In this document: in pieces, positions 1 through 9,869 of the stretch
Layout: each line of letters starts with the position of its first letter
Numbering within the stretch: position 1 is the stretch's first letter
Program-made: the position numbers and the translations under genes
Assembly: GCA_937625935.1 (NCBI GenBank)
Contig: OW569350.1
Location: 1-64,000, forward strand
Origin: Tetramitus jugosus
Taxonomy: Eukaryota > Protista > Heterolobosea
Length of the DNA: 64,000 nt
Direction: 5' to 3'
Notes under the pieces: model-generated
What the model saw: only the letters and a program-made list of their open reading frames with translations
What the model was told of the DNA's origin: nothing
The model's database searches: none

Positions 1-900
1 CCAAACCCAAACCCCCAAACCCAAACCCAACCCAAAACCCAAACCCAAACCCAACCCCAAACCCCCCAACCCAAACCCAAACCCAAACCCCAACCCAAAC
101 CCACACCCCAAACCCCCAACCCAAACCCAAACCCAAACCCAAACCCAAACCCAAACCCCAAACCCAAACCCAAACCCAAACCCAAACCCAAACCCAAACC
201 CAAACCCAAACCCAAACCCAAACCCAAACCCAAACCCAAACCCAAACCCAAACCCAAACCCAAACCCAAACCCAAACCCAAACCCAAACCCAAACCCAAA
301 CCCAAACCCAAACCCAAACCCAAACCCAAACCCAAACCCAAACCCAAACCCAAACCCAAACCCAAACCCAAACCCAAACCCAAACCCAAACCCAAACCCA
401 AACCCAAACCCAAACCCAAACCCAAACCCAAACCCAAACCCAAACCCAAACCCAAACCCAAACCCAAACCCAAACCCAAACCCAAACCCAAACCCAAACC
501 CAAACCCAAACCCAAACCCAAACCCAAACCCAAACCCAAACCCAAACCCAAACCCAAACCCAAACCCAAACCCAAACCCAAACCCAAACCCAAACCCAAA
601 CCCAAACCCAAACCCAAACCCAAACCCAAACCCAAACCCAAACCCAAACCCAAACCCAAACCCAAACCCAAACCCAAACCCAAACCCAAACCCAAACCCA
701 AACCCAAACCCAAACCCAAACCCAAACCCAAACCCAAACCCAAACCCAAACCCAAACCCAAACCCAAACCCAAACCCAAACCCAAACCCAAACCCAAACC
801 CAAACCCAAACCCAAACCCAAACCCAAACCCAAACCCAAACCCAAACCCAAACCCAAACCCAAACCCAAACCCAAACCCAAACCCAAACCCAAACCCAAA
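1..900 (+). repeat. Telomeric repeat array (CCCAAA)n = (TTTGGG)n, chromosome left end
   Basis: ~150 tandem CCCAAA units from base 1, with the C-rich strand 5' as expected at a left end. Perfect from ~160 to 900, degenerate distally. Confidence 0.97.
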
Positions 901-1045
901 TTCCAAAATAGGTGGAACTCAAAAGTTCCTCCAGAAAAAAGGTTCTGACTGCAAAAATAGGCGGAACTCAAGAGTTCCTTATAAAATATGTGGAACTCTT
1001 TTTTTCTCAGCAAAAAAGCAACCACAGGCTGAAATTTGGAGTTCC
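901..1045. repeat. Telomere-junction direct repeat with internal palindrome, AAAATAGGYGGAACTCAARAGTTCC
   Basis: Copies at 905-930 and 954-979 (49-nt period) and a partial copy at 983-998. GGAACTC and GAGTTCC are reverse complements. A further GAGTTCC lies at 1039-1045. Confidence 0.8.
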
Positions 1046-1062
1046 AGCCCATTTTATGAGGA

Positions 1063-1114
1063 AGTTGGGTTTCAGTTGGGTTTCAGTTGGGTTTTTGGCC
1101 CTGAAACCCAACTG
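1063..1114. repeat. Tandem AGTTGGGTTTC x3 plus an inverted copy
   Basis: CAGTTGGGTTTCAG (1073-1086) is the exact reverse complement of CTGAAACCCAACTG (1101-1114). Confidence 0.8.
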
Positions 1115-1267
1115 GAATCATGAAGTAACGAGTATACTGCGATAACTACAATGAATTTTGACTCCATAGTCTTAAATTGAACTCATTAAGTGATATACAA
1201 TGTAAGATGCTGCTTAAAGCGATGAGAAAGAGTGTATTTATTGATTCTTGGTTTGGTTTTATCTCAC

Positions 1268-1290
1268 AACCCAAACCCAAACCCCAACCC
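1268..1290 (+). repeat. Short interstitial telomere-like tract
   Basis: AACCCAAACCCAAACCCCAACCC. Confidence 0.7.
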
Positions 1291-2307
1291 ACTCCCTCTA
1301 TTTCTGTTTCCATCTTTCGCCACTCACTCCTTAGTTTTTGTCGAAAACAGAAATCTTCTCATTAGCTGCTCGACCTCTGGAAGGATTCGAGGCAATCTAT
1401 TGAGTCAATACACGTTTTATATGTAATCATTTCTATTTCTCTTCAGTTTTGATGGGTTGGGTCTGGGTATTCAACTCTGCATCCAAGGAAGTCTGAACAA
1501 TAGAAATATATTTCTCTCACGAGCCAATCTCACTCCAAAATAGTATTTTCTGCAATATTTCTCAGTCAATTACGTTCATAGGTATGAATTCTTATCAACA
1601 AGCAAGATCTACTCTTATTTTATGAAGATTGGGTCTGGACTTTCAACTCTGCACTCATCTCACGAATTGAGAAGTTTAAATCTCATTCTGCCTGTCAAAA
1701 ATGTCAAAATATTCCCTTCAAGAATGAAATCTCTCGTTCACCATCAATAATTCGGTCCAAATTAGTTGATTTCTCAGGTTCAAGAGTGTTTCATATGATT
1801 CACAAAATGAAACTCAAAAAATTAGCCTATTCGACCTAAACTATTTCATTCAACAATGAAATATCTCTATTTTATCCGTACTATCTCTAAAACTGGTGAA
1901 GATCTTCAGGTCAAGAGAATTTTAAGTCAATCAAAAGTCAGAGCACCGAAATGCAACTCAATCCGCCAAAAAGCAACAAAAAACGACAGAAATAACAGAT
2001 TTAATGCTTCAAATGAATACAAGATGCCTAAAATTCCTATAAAAAATCTGAAAAAACTGTTCTCTGATCTGACAGTCCAGTGCCAATCACATTCTTTTCT
2101 AAAAAACACTGTCAGAAACAATCTGTTGCAGTTTTAACCCAGTTTTAACCATGTTGCAGAGAAAATATGTTAAATACAGTAGAGATAGATCGCCTCTAGG
2201 AGACGATACTTCTCAAATTTCGGTAAAAATATCGCCACACTATTCCGTACTGTCAGCTGAAGCCGCCAGTACTCTCAAAACTCAAAAATAAAAATCGGAA
2301 TAATTTT

Positions 2308-2365
2308 AGGGTTGGGTATGGGTTTACCAAAACGCGGATGTAATACCAAACCCAAACCCAACCCT
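2308..2365. repeat. Inverted repeat built from telomere-like units
   Basis: AGGGTTGGGTATGGGTTT (2308-2325) pairs with AAACCCAAACCCAACCCT (2348-2365), 17/18 matches, 22-nt loop. Confidence 0.8.
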
Positions 2366-2600
2366 CTCCTCCTCCCAAGGAGCCTCGACTGGCCTAGAGT
2401 GGTAAACCCAACAATTTTGCTTTTCGACCGTTTCGTGTCTCCATCTGCAAAGTTGACTGTAACATTGCAACGCCAAACGGAAAAATGAAAATGTGGAGGC
2501 ACAAACTGTGGTGTGAAACTGAAAAGTCATTTGACTGATTTTTATTCGGGTTTGTGCTGTTCTCACAATTTTTCAGTTCCCCAAAACAAGCTGTCATTTC

Positions 2601-5600
2601 TCAATTCGTTTGATGCCCACTGAAATGATAACCTCTTTGTTTGATAGCTTGCCAAACGAATTCTTTGTCATTCTTCAATTTATCTGATGCATACATCAGG
2701 GAGGAGCCATCTTGCTTGAGAGCTTGCAAAACAACTTCTTTGTCATTCTTCAGTTCATCTGATGCATACATCAGGGAGGAGCCATCTTGCTTAAGAGCTT
2801 GCAAAACAACTTCTTTGTCATTCTTCAGTTCATCTGATGCATACATCAAGGACGAGCCTCTTGTTTTGATCGCTTGCAAGATAATCTCTTTGTCATTCTT
2901 CAAGGCATGTGATGCGTACTTCAATGAGGAGGATTTCGTTTTGACTGCTTGCAAGATAATATCTTTGTCATTCCTCAATTCCTCGGATAAATCCTGTAAA
3001 AAGGAGCTATCCTCCTTGAGAACTTGCAACATGATATCTTTGTCGTTTTTAAATTTGCCTGAGACAAGTTGAGATAGTGAAACTCCTAGTTTGGCAGCTT
3101 GCACGACAACTTCTCTGTCATTCTTCCATTTGTCGAGTACAAAATGCAAGGAAGAGGCTTGGGTTTGGATCGCTTGCAAGATGAATTCCTTATCAACCTG
3201 CAACATATGTGATGCATACTGAATACACGAGCCCGATTGCTTGATTGTTTGCAATATGAATTCTTTGTCCCTCTTCAATACACTTGATGCATACATCAAT
3301 GAGGTATCTTGTTTTTTGATCGCTTGCAAGATAAATTCCTTGTCATTCTTCAATTCATTTGACGCAAACATCAATGGAGAGCTACCTTTTTCAATAGCTT
3401 GCAATACAACCTCTCTGTCTTTCTTCAATTCATCTGATGCATACATCAAGGAGGAGCCATCTTGCTGAATTGCAAGCAGCATAACATCTCTGTCATTTCT
3501 CAATATCTCTGGAACATGCTGAATGACGGATCGTTCGTATTTGGCACCAAGTCTGTGATAGTTGGAGATACTATTTTGTATAGCTTGCAAGACAACTTCT
3601 TTGTCCATCTTCATTTCACTTGATGCATACTGCAATAAGGAGCCATCTTTCTTGATAACTTTCAAGATGAACTCTTTATCATTCCTCAATTCATCTGATG
3701 CATACATCAATGAGGAGCCATCTTGTCTAAGAGCTCGCAAGACAACTTCTTTGTCATTCTTCATTTTACTTGATGCATACTGCAATAAGGAGCCATCTTT
3801 CTTGATAACTTTCAAGATGAACTCTTTGTCATTTCTCAATTCATCTGATGCATACATCAATGAGGAGCCATCTTGTCTAAGAGCTCGCAAGATAAGTTTT
3901 TTGTCCTCTCTAAATTGTGTTCGAGTGTCTAGCGATACAATACTATTTGACTGCTCCCCATGCATGACGATGTGGTTGTTCATTTCTTTCGAGGAAGGAT
4001 ATGAGATTATGCTCAAGCCACGAGCACCAATCATGGTATTGGCTTTGTCGTTGTTGTCCATCCTTCTATGTAACTCGGTGAGAACAACGTTACAAATATT
4101 CCCGTACAATAACATAAATATGTTCACCGCTTCTTCATCGCATGACTCATATTCCAAATGGATACCCTTTAAAATTCTTGCAGATCTATATTGCTTCACC
4201 AATTGATTCACCACGTGAGTCCCATCTTGTGTGGCAACATTCAGATATTCTACAACTGGACAATTACAAACTATTCCATAAATATGAGCCTCATACATGA
4301 ATTCTTGAGATGTTAAATGAAGTGAGATCTTTTTTAAATTTGGTGCGTTACCAATAACCTCCCAAAAAAAATAAATAGTTTCTTCGTCTTGATATGTGAT
4401 ATCTTTAAGCTCAAGATGTTCGACTGTCGCACAGAGAGTAATGAATTGGGCTATGTCAAAGGAATCAGCAACATGAATCCGAGGACCCAAAATTGCATGA
4501 GTCAAATTTTCAGATGCCCTACCAAAACACTTTACATCACAGTCTTTGGAACCAACAAATTGAAGAATTTTAACAGACGTACCCAGATCACCCAAGTTCA
4601 AAATAGGATGAGAACCAAGATCACATTTTACTGACTGCGACATATCTTTGTGAGTCTTGCATTGTTCGTACCCATATTCACAACCAATCACTTTCATGTT
4701 CCTCACCATTTCGTTCATGTTGGCATCTGTTTTGAACCATATGATGATCTTTGAACTGGCTTCAGAGCATACGAGATGAATTACACACTGTTTGAGTCCA
4801 AAGTCAATCAACGTATGCACCTTCTCTATGTCATTCAACCCAGCAACACTTACACTGGCGCTTCTACCAATAATCGGTTGATCAGAGTACAACATGTGAA
4901 TCTTTCCTGACTTGAACCGTCCAAACATTGTTTTGTAAGGGTTATTTCTCTTCGAATCTATCTTTGATAAATAACTATAGATTCTCTTCTCGTGAAGAGC
5001 AAAGTTCAAAGTGAATCCACAATTCACGAAGGAAAAAATTTTCAAAATAATACTGTCTTGATCATATAAGCGAGAAAGAGTCATCTTTCTAATCTTTGCG
5101 TCTTGAATCATCTCAAGGGCTTTCATATTGTTGAAATAGTAACACCAAAACTCTTGTGTGTATCCAAGCTTGCTTTTAGTGTTCAGATCAAAATGATCCG
5201 ATTGAAGAATATACTCTAATCCACGAGTATCAAAATGACAGATGCAATAATCAATAGGAGAATAACCACAAGGGTCTAAATCAGATAACCTTGTAACTTT
5301 CGTGATCCAATTTCCCATAATCTCTTTCTCAGTGTCAAAAAATATCCAATCGTTTCGTTCTTTTCTTTCAGAAACCCCCATCAATTCAATGCGTTTTTGT
5401 TGGGGAGTCATATCTTCTAAATCAGGATTGTTCGAAGAATCAACTGGCTCAGCACTTGCCCTCATGGTCGAGTTGGTGAAGAGGATATCTGAAGTTACCC
5501 TATGTTCTTCACCATGAATTGGTTCTGGAAAACACAAGCTACCGGTATGGCTTGTAATTTTTTTTTCTGAGATATTAAGAACAATGTTGACTTTCACAAA

Positions 5601-6797
5601 ATTCTGGCCTTCTTCTGGAATCCATGAGGGAATCTTAAAACGCATGGCAAACCAATCGCAATCTTCTATGGATAAACTTGTATTGCAACCAGAGAGCTCC
5701 AGAATTTTGGACTTGCCGGGATATATTTCGATAAGTTTCAGAGAAATATGATTGGAGTATTTCGGTGTGAAATTCACGTAAGAGCCCTTGGCAAAGTATA
5801 AAACAGCAATTCGATGCTCTTTTTCCTGTTCATAAAATTGTATCTTCTTGTAATCAAAGCTAAAGAAAGAGTCATAATCTCTAAGAAAATCTACGGTAGG
5901 TTTTGTTTGTGTATCAACTTTGGGTTTCTTCTTTGGTGGTTGCAAGGAGTCCTCGTGTGAGTGATCGTTCTCAGTACTTTCCGTGCTTTCATTCGACCTC
6001 TGCACGCTATAAGCTCTTTCACACTGTTTTTGCGTTTTTGGCTGATGACGATCAGGTCGCGTCCACCCCGAGTATGTCATAAGTGACTTCCCACAACCGT
6101 AACAATGGTAAGACGAACCTTTTGTTTCTATTAGTTGTGCACAAGTTTTGCAAACATGAGAAATAATGCCATTTTTGGTTCGAACAGACAGAACAATTGC
6201 AGATCCACAATTTGGAGTCTGGCAGTTCCCATCCGGTTTTTTTGTAGGAAACTGTGACATGGAGGGTAGTAGGGTAGTGCTGAGTGATGCTAATGAGGTG
6301 TGTTGTTGGCCATTCATGGAAGCATACACATTTCCGCCGTTGGGTGATAGTGTCGAATGTGAGATTGGTGGGTAAAACATGCCCAAAGGAAGCACAGTCT
6401 GTGGTGAATGTGAGATTGGGTAAAACATGTCCGAAGGAAGCACAGTATGTGGTGTCATGCTTCCCCAATAAGTAAGGTTGGGTGATACTGGCTGGAATTG
6501 TTGAACTTGATGTTGATCATGCAGATTCAAAGCGTTACTTCCAAAAACAGTTTGATCATTTGTTTGCAACCCAACAGGTGTTCCAAAGGCATTATCAGTA
6601 AAATTGAAACGATTTGATGAGCTGGTTCTCTCATTAAGGTTGGGTTGTTGAATGTCAGACCTACTCTCCTCGTGGCACTCGTCTGATGATGAGGAAGATT
6701 GCCCAGCAGAAAGTGGTGGAAAGAGAAGTGAGAGCATGGATGGTTGCGAGGACATGGCAGGCCTATGACTAACCCTTTGTTCGGCGTGTTCCTCCAT
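2601..6797 (-). CDS. Large DUF4116-repeat protein with N-terminal Cys/His cluster, NLS, ankyrin-like and LRR-like regions (~1398 aa)
   Basis: The C-terminal ~430 aa are 25-aa repeats 'DKEVVLQALKQDGSSLMYASDELKN' typical of DUF4116. Start placed at MEEHAEQ (6797), which follows an A/C-rich leader; the ORF track extends to 6881. Confidence 0.85.
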   Translation of the reverse strand: MEEHAEQRVSHRPAMSSQPSMLSLLFPPLSAGQSSSSSDECHEESRSDIQQPNLNERTSSSNRFNFTDNAFGTPVGLQTNDQTVFGSNALNLHDQHQVQQFQPVSPNLTYWGSMTPHTVLPSDMFYPISHSPQTVLPLGMFYPPISHSTLSPNGGNVYASMNGQQHTSLASLSTTLLPSMSQFPTKKPDGNCQTPNCGSAIVLSVRTKNGIISHVCKTCAQLIETKGSSYHCYGCGKSLMTYSGWTRPDRHQPKTQKQCERAYSVQRSNESTESTENDHSHEDSLQPPKKKPKVDTQTKPTVDFLRDYDSFFSFDYKKIQFYEQEKEHRIAVLYFAKGSYVNFTPKYSNHISLKLIEIYPGKSKILELSGCNTSLSIEDCDWFAMRFKIPSWIPEEGQNFVKVNIVLNISEKKITSHTGSLCFPEPIHGEEHRVTSDILFTNSTMRASAEPVDSSNNPDLEDMTPQQKRIELMGVSERKERNDWIFFDTEKEIMGNWITKVTRLSDLDPCGYSPIDYCICHFDTRGLEYILQSDHFDLNTKSKLGYTQEFWCYYFNNMKALEMIQDAKIRKMTLSRLYDQDSIILKIFSFVNCGFTLNFALHEKRIYSYLSKIDSKRNNPYKTMFGRFKSGKIHMLYSDQPIIGRSASVSVAGLNDIEKVHTLIDFGLKQCVIHLVCSEASSKIIIWFKTDANMNEMVRNMKVIGCEYGYEQCKTHKDMSQSVKCDLGSHPILNLGDLGTSVKILQFVGSKDCDVKCFGRASENLTHAILGPRIHVADSFDIAQFITLCATVEHLELKDITYQDEETIYFFWEVIGNAPNLKKISLHLTSQEFMYEAHIYGIVCNCPVVEYLNVATQDGTHVVNQLVKQYRSARILKGIHLEYESCDEEAVNIFMLLYGNICNVVLTELHRRMDNNDKANTMIGARGLSIISYPSSKEMNNHIVMHGEQSNSIVSLDTRTQFREDKKLILRALRQDGSSLMYASDELRNDKEFILKVIKKDGSLLQYASSKMKNDKEVVLRALRQDGSSLMYASDELRNDKEFILKVIKKDGSLLQYASSEMKMDKEVVLQAIQNSISNYHRLGAKYERSVIQHVPEILRNDRDVMLLAIQQDGSSLMYASDELKKDREVVLQAIEKGSSPLMFASNELKNDKEFILQAIKKQDTSLMYASSVLKRDKEFILQTIKQSGSCIQYASHMLQVDKEFILQAIQTQASSLHFVLDKWKNDREVVVQAAKLGVSLSQLVSGKFKNDKDIMLQVLKEDSSFLQDLSEELRNDKDIILQAVKTKSSSLKYASHALKNDKEIILQAIKTRGSSLMYASDELKNDKEVVLQALKQDGSSLMYASDELKNDKEVVLQALKQDGSSLMYASDKLKNDKEFVWQAIKQRGYHFSGHQTN

Positions 6798-6890
6798 GTT
6801 TTTGTTTTTTTTGTGACACCTCATGAAATCCGAAAGAAAAAATCCCTGCGGTGACATGACAGAGTTTACAAAGATCAGCACACCAAATGC

Positions 6891-7175
6891 ATGAGCAGTA
6901 ACTATCCAGATTTGGCCACATTAACGCTGCTTAATTGCAGTTGGTGCATCCACATTACTCAGGATGATTTGAATTTTCTGTGTTTTGTAACAAATTGATG
7001 CATCTCCATATGAAGCATGTCTCCTTGAATGACCAAGCAATTGAAAAATAGCAGAAGCCAACCAAGAAATAGAAGAACTTTACCTTGAAGAAAATCCAGG
7101 TCCATTCATCAAGAATCTGAGAGATACCTTACTTGTCAGTCAGCAAACACATTCCTATTCGATTATGACATGAAC
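6891..7175 (+). pseudogene. Frameshifted relic of a Cys-containing (FBXL/AMN1-type) LRR protein
   Basis: Reads LATLTLLNCSWCIHITQDDLNFL, then (-1) CNKLMHLHMKHVSLNDQAIEK, then (-1) IAEANQEIEELYLEEN, across shifts near 6986 and 7048. Confidence 0.55.
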
Positions 7176-7552
7176 AACCTGAACACAGCAAGACTGTTGA
7201 TGCACTAGTTAACTTGGACAAGAAATTGACATTTGTTACCATGAATCACATTTCAGCATATTGCACGCGTGGAAACAATTGCGGGAGGCTCTGAATTTGC
7301 GTTCGAATAAGGTGGCGCAACCCATAAAGTGTACTCTCTGTAGAATAATTTGGTTGAGCGTTCTCTTGGGAGGAGGTGACTCTGAGTCACTCCAATGTAC
7401 ACTGAAATTTCTTATCGTTGACATTCTGTGAAACCCAAGACCTGATTGCTTCACACCAGAATAGAATAAAGATCAAGTTTATCATTCAAAATTGTTGGAA
7501 CACCCGAAACCCATGAGGGATAAAGGATCATTCCTTAAGGTGACCAATCCAA

Positions 7553-9742
7553 TTATCGAATGTACAAGTGACAATCTACGTACTGATGCAACAAACTCTC
7601 CAGATCACTCAATAATAATAAATTAGCCGAACGGATCAAAGTTGAAATAAAATCTGTTCGTTCATCTTGGCTATAATCCTTTTCAATAAGCGATACTATC
7701 ATATCAATATTTCCACAGTATATCCAAATCAACAAGTATTTCATAACAATCTCCTCGATAATGCCCTCAGGAATATCATAGAAATTGATCTCACCCAATC
7801 TTGTTTCCTCAAAGTCATGATTGAACAAGCAACGGAAATATTCGCATCTTTGAATCAAAATAGGCGCGTCTGCAATCATACAAACCTTCTTCTGATCACT
7901 ACTAGATCTCACTAGAAGTGTGATAAATTGTGAGTTATCATGTTCTGATAGTTGTGTTTTTCTATTGGGTGCACTTTCCAAAACTGTCCATAAATGTCGA
8001 TCACGATCTGAAGGTTGAACCGCCATGACATAGTCCTCAATACTGTTGGAATTAAGGTCAACATTTTTCAAACCATACCGATCCACAAATAAAATTACTT
8101 TGTTGTACATTAGTTTAGCAGTTGGAATCGTGCAATTCGGATTGGCGTCCATGATTAACTGGATATGCTTTGTGGCGGCGACCACATTTTCACAGGATAG
8201 CATAAACTCAAAGTGAGTTAAACATATGTGAGCTAAATCGGTCATTTCAAAATGATTTGCAGCAATGTGCGCAATATTAATCAACATTTGATAATTATTC
8301 CGAGCAACAACATCGAGGCGACCACTGTATATGTACAAAAGTATATGCTTCAAAACCTCACTCTCAATATTGGGAATACTAATGTCCTTGCAACCCCGAT
8401 CTAGCAACTCTTGGAAGAAAGGATACTGTCGCAATAGAAAACTGTGAGAATTGAATGTGTTTACCAGGATATCTCCTGGATACTTTCCTGATGGATCTAA
8501 AAACACTCTTTTCATATCATCAGCATACAACATGACATGATGCTCGTAAAACAGTTTTCCTTGAATTTGTTTGTTGAGGTAATTCAACACTGTTTCATCC
8601 GATAATTTGACTCTAAATTGCAAAACATGATTTAAACAAATGGAATTCTCATCAGAACCTCCAAAAGATGTCATGTCTGCTTCTCCACGGTTGTACCGCG
8701 AAATATCCTTGTAAACAAAGTAATTGTCATCATCTAAAATCGGGCTCAAGCTTTCCCAAGAATTCAATGAATGTCCAAACACAAAATCATCATACTGATA
8801 GTGATGCTTTGTCCACTTCCTTGTGTTCAAATTCAAAGACCAAAAATCATTGAGGTCTGTGTTCCCTTGGAAACCTGCTAAAACAAACAATTCGTCCCCA
8901 TGGATACACGCAGCATGAGCATATCGACCCAATGGTAGCTCAGAACTCTGGACAGGTTCAATCTTATACCACAAGTTTTCATCAAATCTAAACTCCCAAA
9001 CATCATTACCTGCATTCGCTCTAACAGTTCTGTTTCCTCCATACACAATCATTCTCTCCTCATAAGCTTTCATAACTGAAGGACTTCTCCATATGACTGC
9101 TGTATGTTGTCCCAACGTCAACAACTTTTCTTGTTTATCAGCCATCTCAAAATGAACATCTGTCCATGTCATCGAATTGAAATTGTATTTGAACATTGTA
9201 CTGGTTGGGTTTACACCATAAAGAACATTGTAACCTCCAAATATGATCATTTCAGTATTGTCATTAATCAAGAGTGCAGTATGGTTTCTCAGTGGTCCAG
9301 GTCCTGTCGTAAGTTCAAAAGAGTGACACTGCCACCCTCTGTTCTTAATATCAAACTCGTACAACTCACTGCGACAACCAAACAGTGTATACTCATCTCT
9401 TCCTCCATAAACAAAGAGCGAATGTCTCTGAGGATGATACACCATGGAAGCACTTCTCCTGGGTGGGGGAGCTTGTCGATCACCATTGCACATGAGAAGC
9501 TCCACAGACACCACTTGCCTGGTCAAAAGACACACACTAATACAATACACGTCATTAAAGTGACCGTGATCTGTCGAATCTCTACCACCAAACACATACA
9601 AGTGCACTTGATGGGTCAATTCAACCCTGTGAACACATGAATTGTGGAAAAATCGAGGCAAAATCTGGACGTAGTCTTCTGTGCTGGCTGTAAACCAGTC
9701 TACATCTGCCGAAACACCTTGCAAACTGCTGTTGTTACTCAT
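7553..9742 (-). CDS. Kelch-repeat plus tandem BTB domain protein (LZTR1-like architecture)
   Basis: Kelch motifs LYVFGG, LFVYGG, MIIFGG, MIVYGG, LFVLAG. Two BTB-like segments: HSFLL..YPFF..LLYIYSG and ILIQRCEYFRCLF..LIWIYCG. Confidence 0.85.
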   Translation of the reverse strand: MSNNSSLQGVSADVDWFTASTEDYVQILPRFFHNSCVHRVELTHQVHLYVFGGRDSTDHGHFNDVYCISVCLLTRQVVSVELLMCNGDRQAPPPRRSASMVYHPQRHSLFVYGGRDEYTLFGCRSELYEFDIKNRGWQCHSFELTTGPGPLRNHTALLINDNTEMIIFGGYNVLYGVNPTSTMFKYNFNSMTWTDVHFEMADKQEKLLTLGQHTAVIWRSPSVMKAYEERMIVYGGNRTVRANAGNDVWEFRFDENLWYKIEPVQSSELPLGRYAHAACIHGDELFVLAGFQGNTDLNDFWSLNLNTRKWTKHHYQYDDFVFGHSLNSWESLSPILDDDNYFVYKDISRYNRGEADMTSFGGSDENSICLNHVLQFRVKLSDETVLNYLNKQIQGKLFYEHHVMLYADDMKRVFLDPSGKYPGDILVNTFNSHSFLLRQYPFFQELLDRGCKDISIPNIESEVLKHILLYIYSGRLDVVARNNYQMLINIAHIAANHFEMTDLAHICLTHFEFMLSCENVVAATKHIQLIMDANPNCTIPTAKLMYNKVILFVDRYGLKNVDLNSNSIEDYVMAVQPSDRDRHLWTVLESAPNRKTQLSEHDNSQFITLLVRSSSDQKKVCMIADAPILIQRCEYFRCLFNHDFEETRLGEINFYDIPEGIIEEIVMKYLLIWIYCGNIDMIVSLIEKDYSQDERTDFISTLIRSANLLLLSDLESLLHQYVDCHLYIR

Positions 9743-9869
9743 TGCTGCCTTTGCGAAAATCTTGAAGCTGTTTCTTCCTGTCTGATTATTTTTTGCGACC
9801 TCGGAGTTTCTTCTGATCGAAAGAACTTGAAGTTGAGGTCAGACAACAATTAAAAAAATAATACATCCA

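Noticed and set aside
901-1000. Palindromic repeats with spacers resembling a mini CRISPR array
   Set aside because: Only two full copies, irregular spacing, eukaryotic telomeric context and no cas genes.
912-2597. Short subtelomeric ORFs (PNPNP, GLGLG, GFGFG)
   Set aside because: Translations of telomere-like repeats and AT-rich DNA; no family motifs.
2641-4206. + strand ORFs of 143, 75 and 214 aa with repeats
   Set aside because: Antisense shadows of the DUF4116 repeat region.
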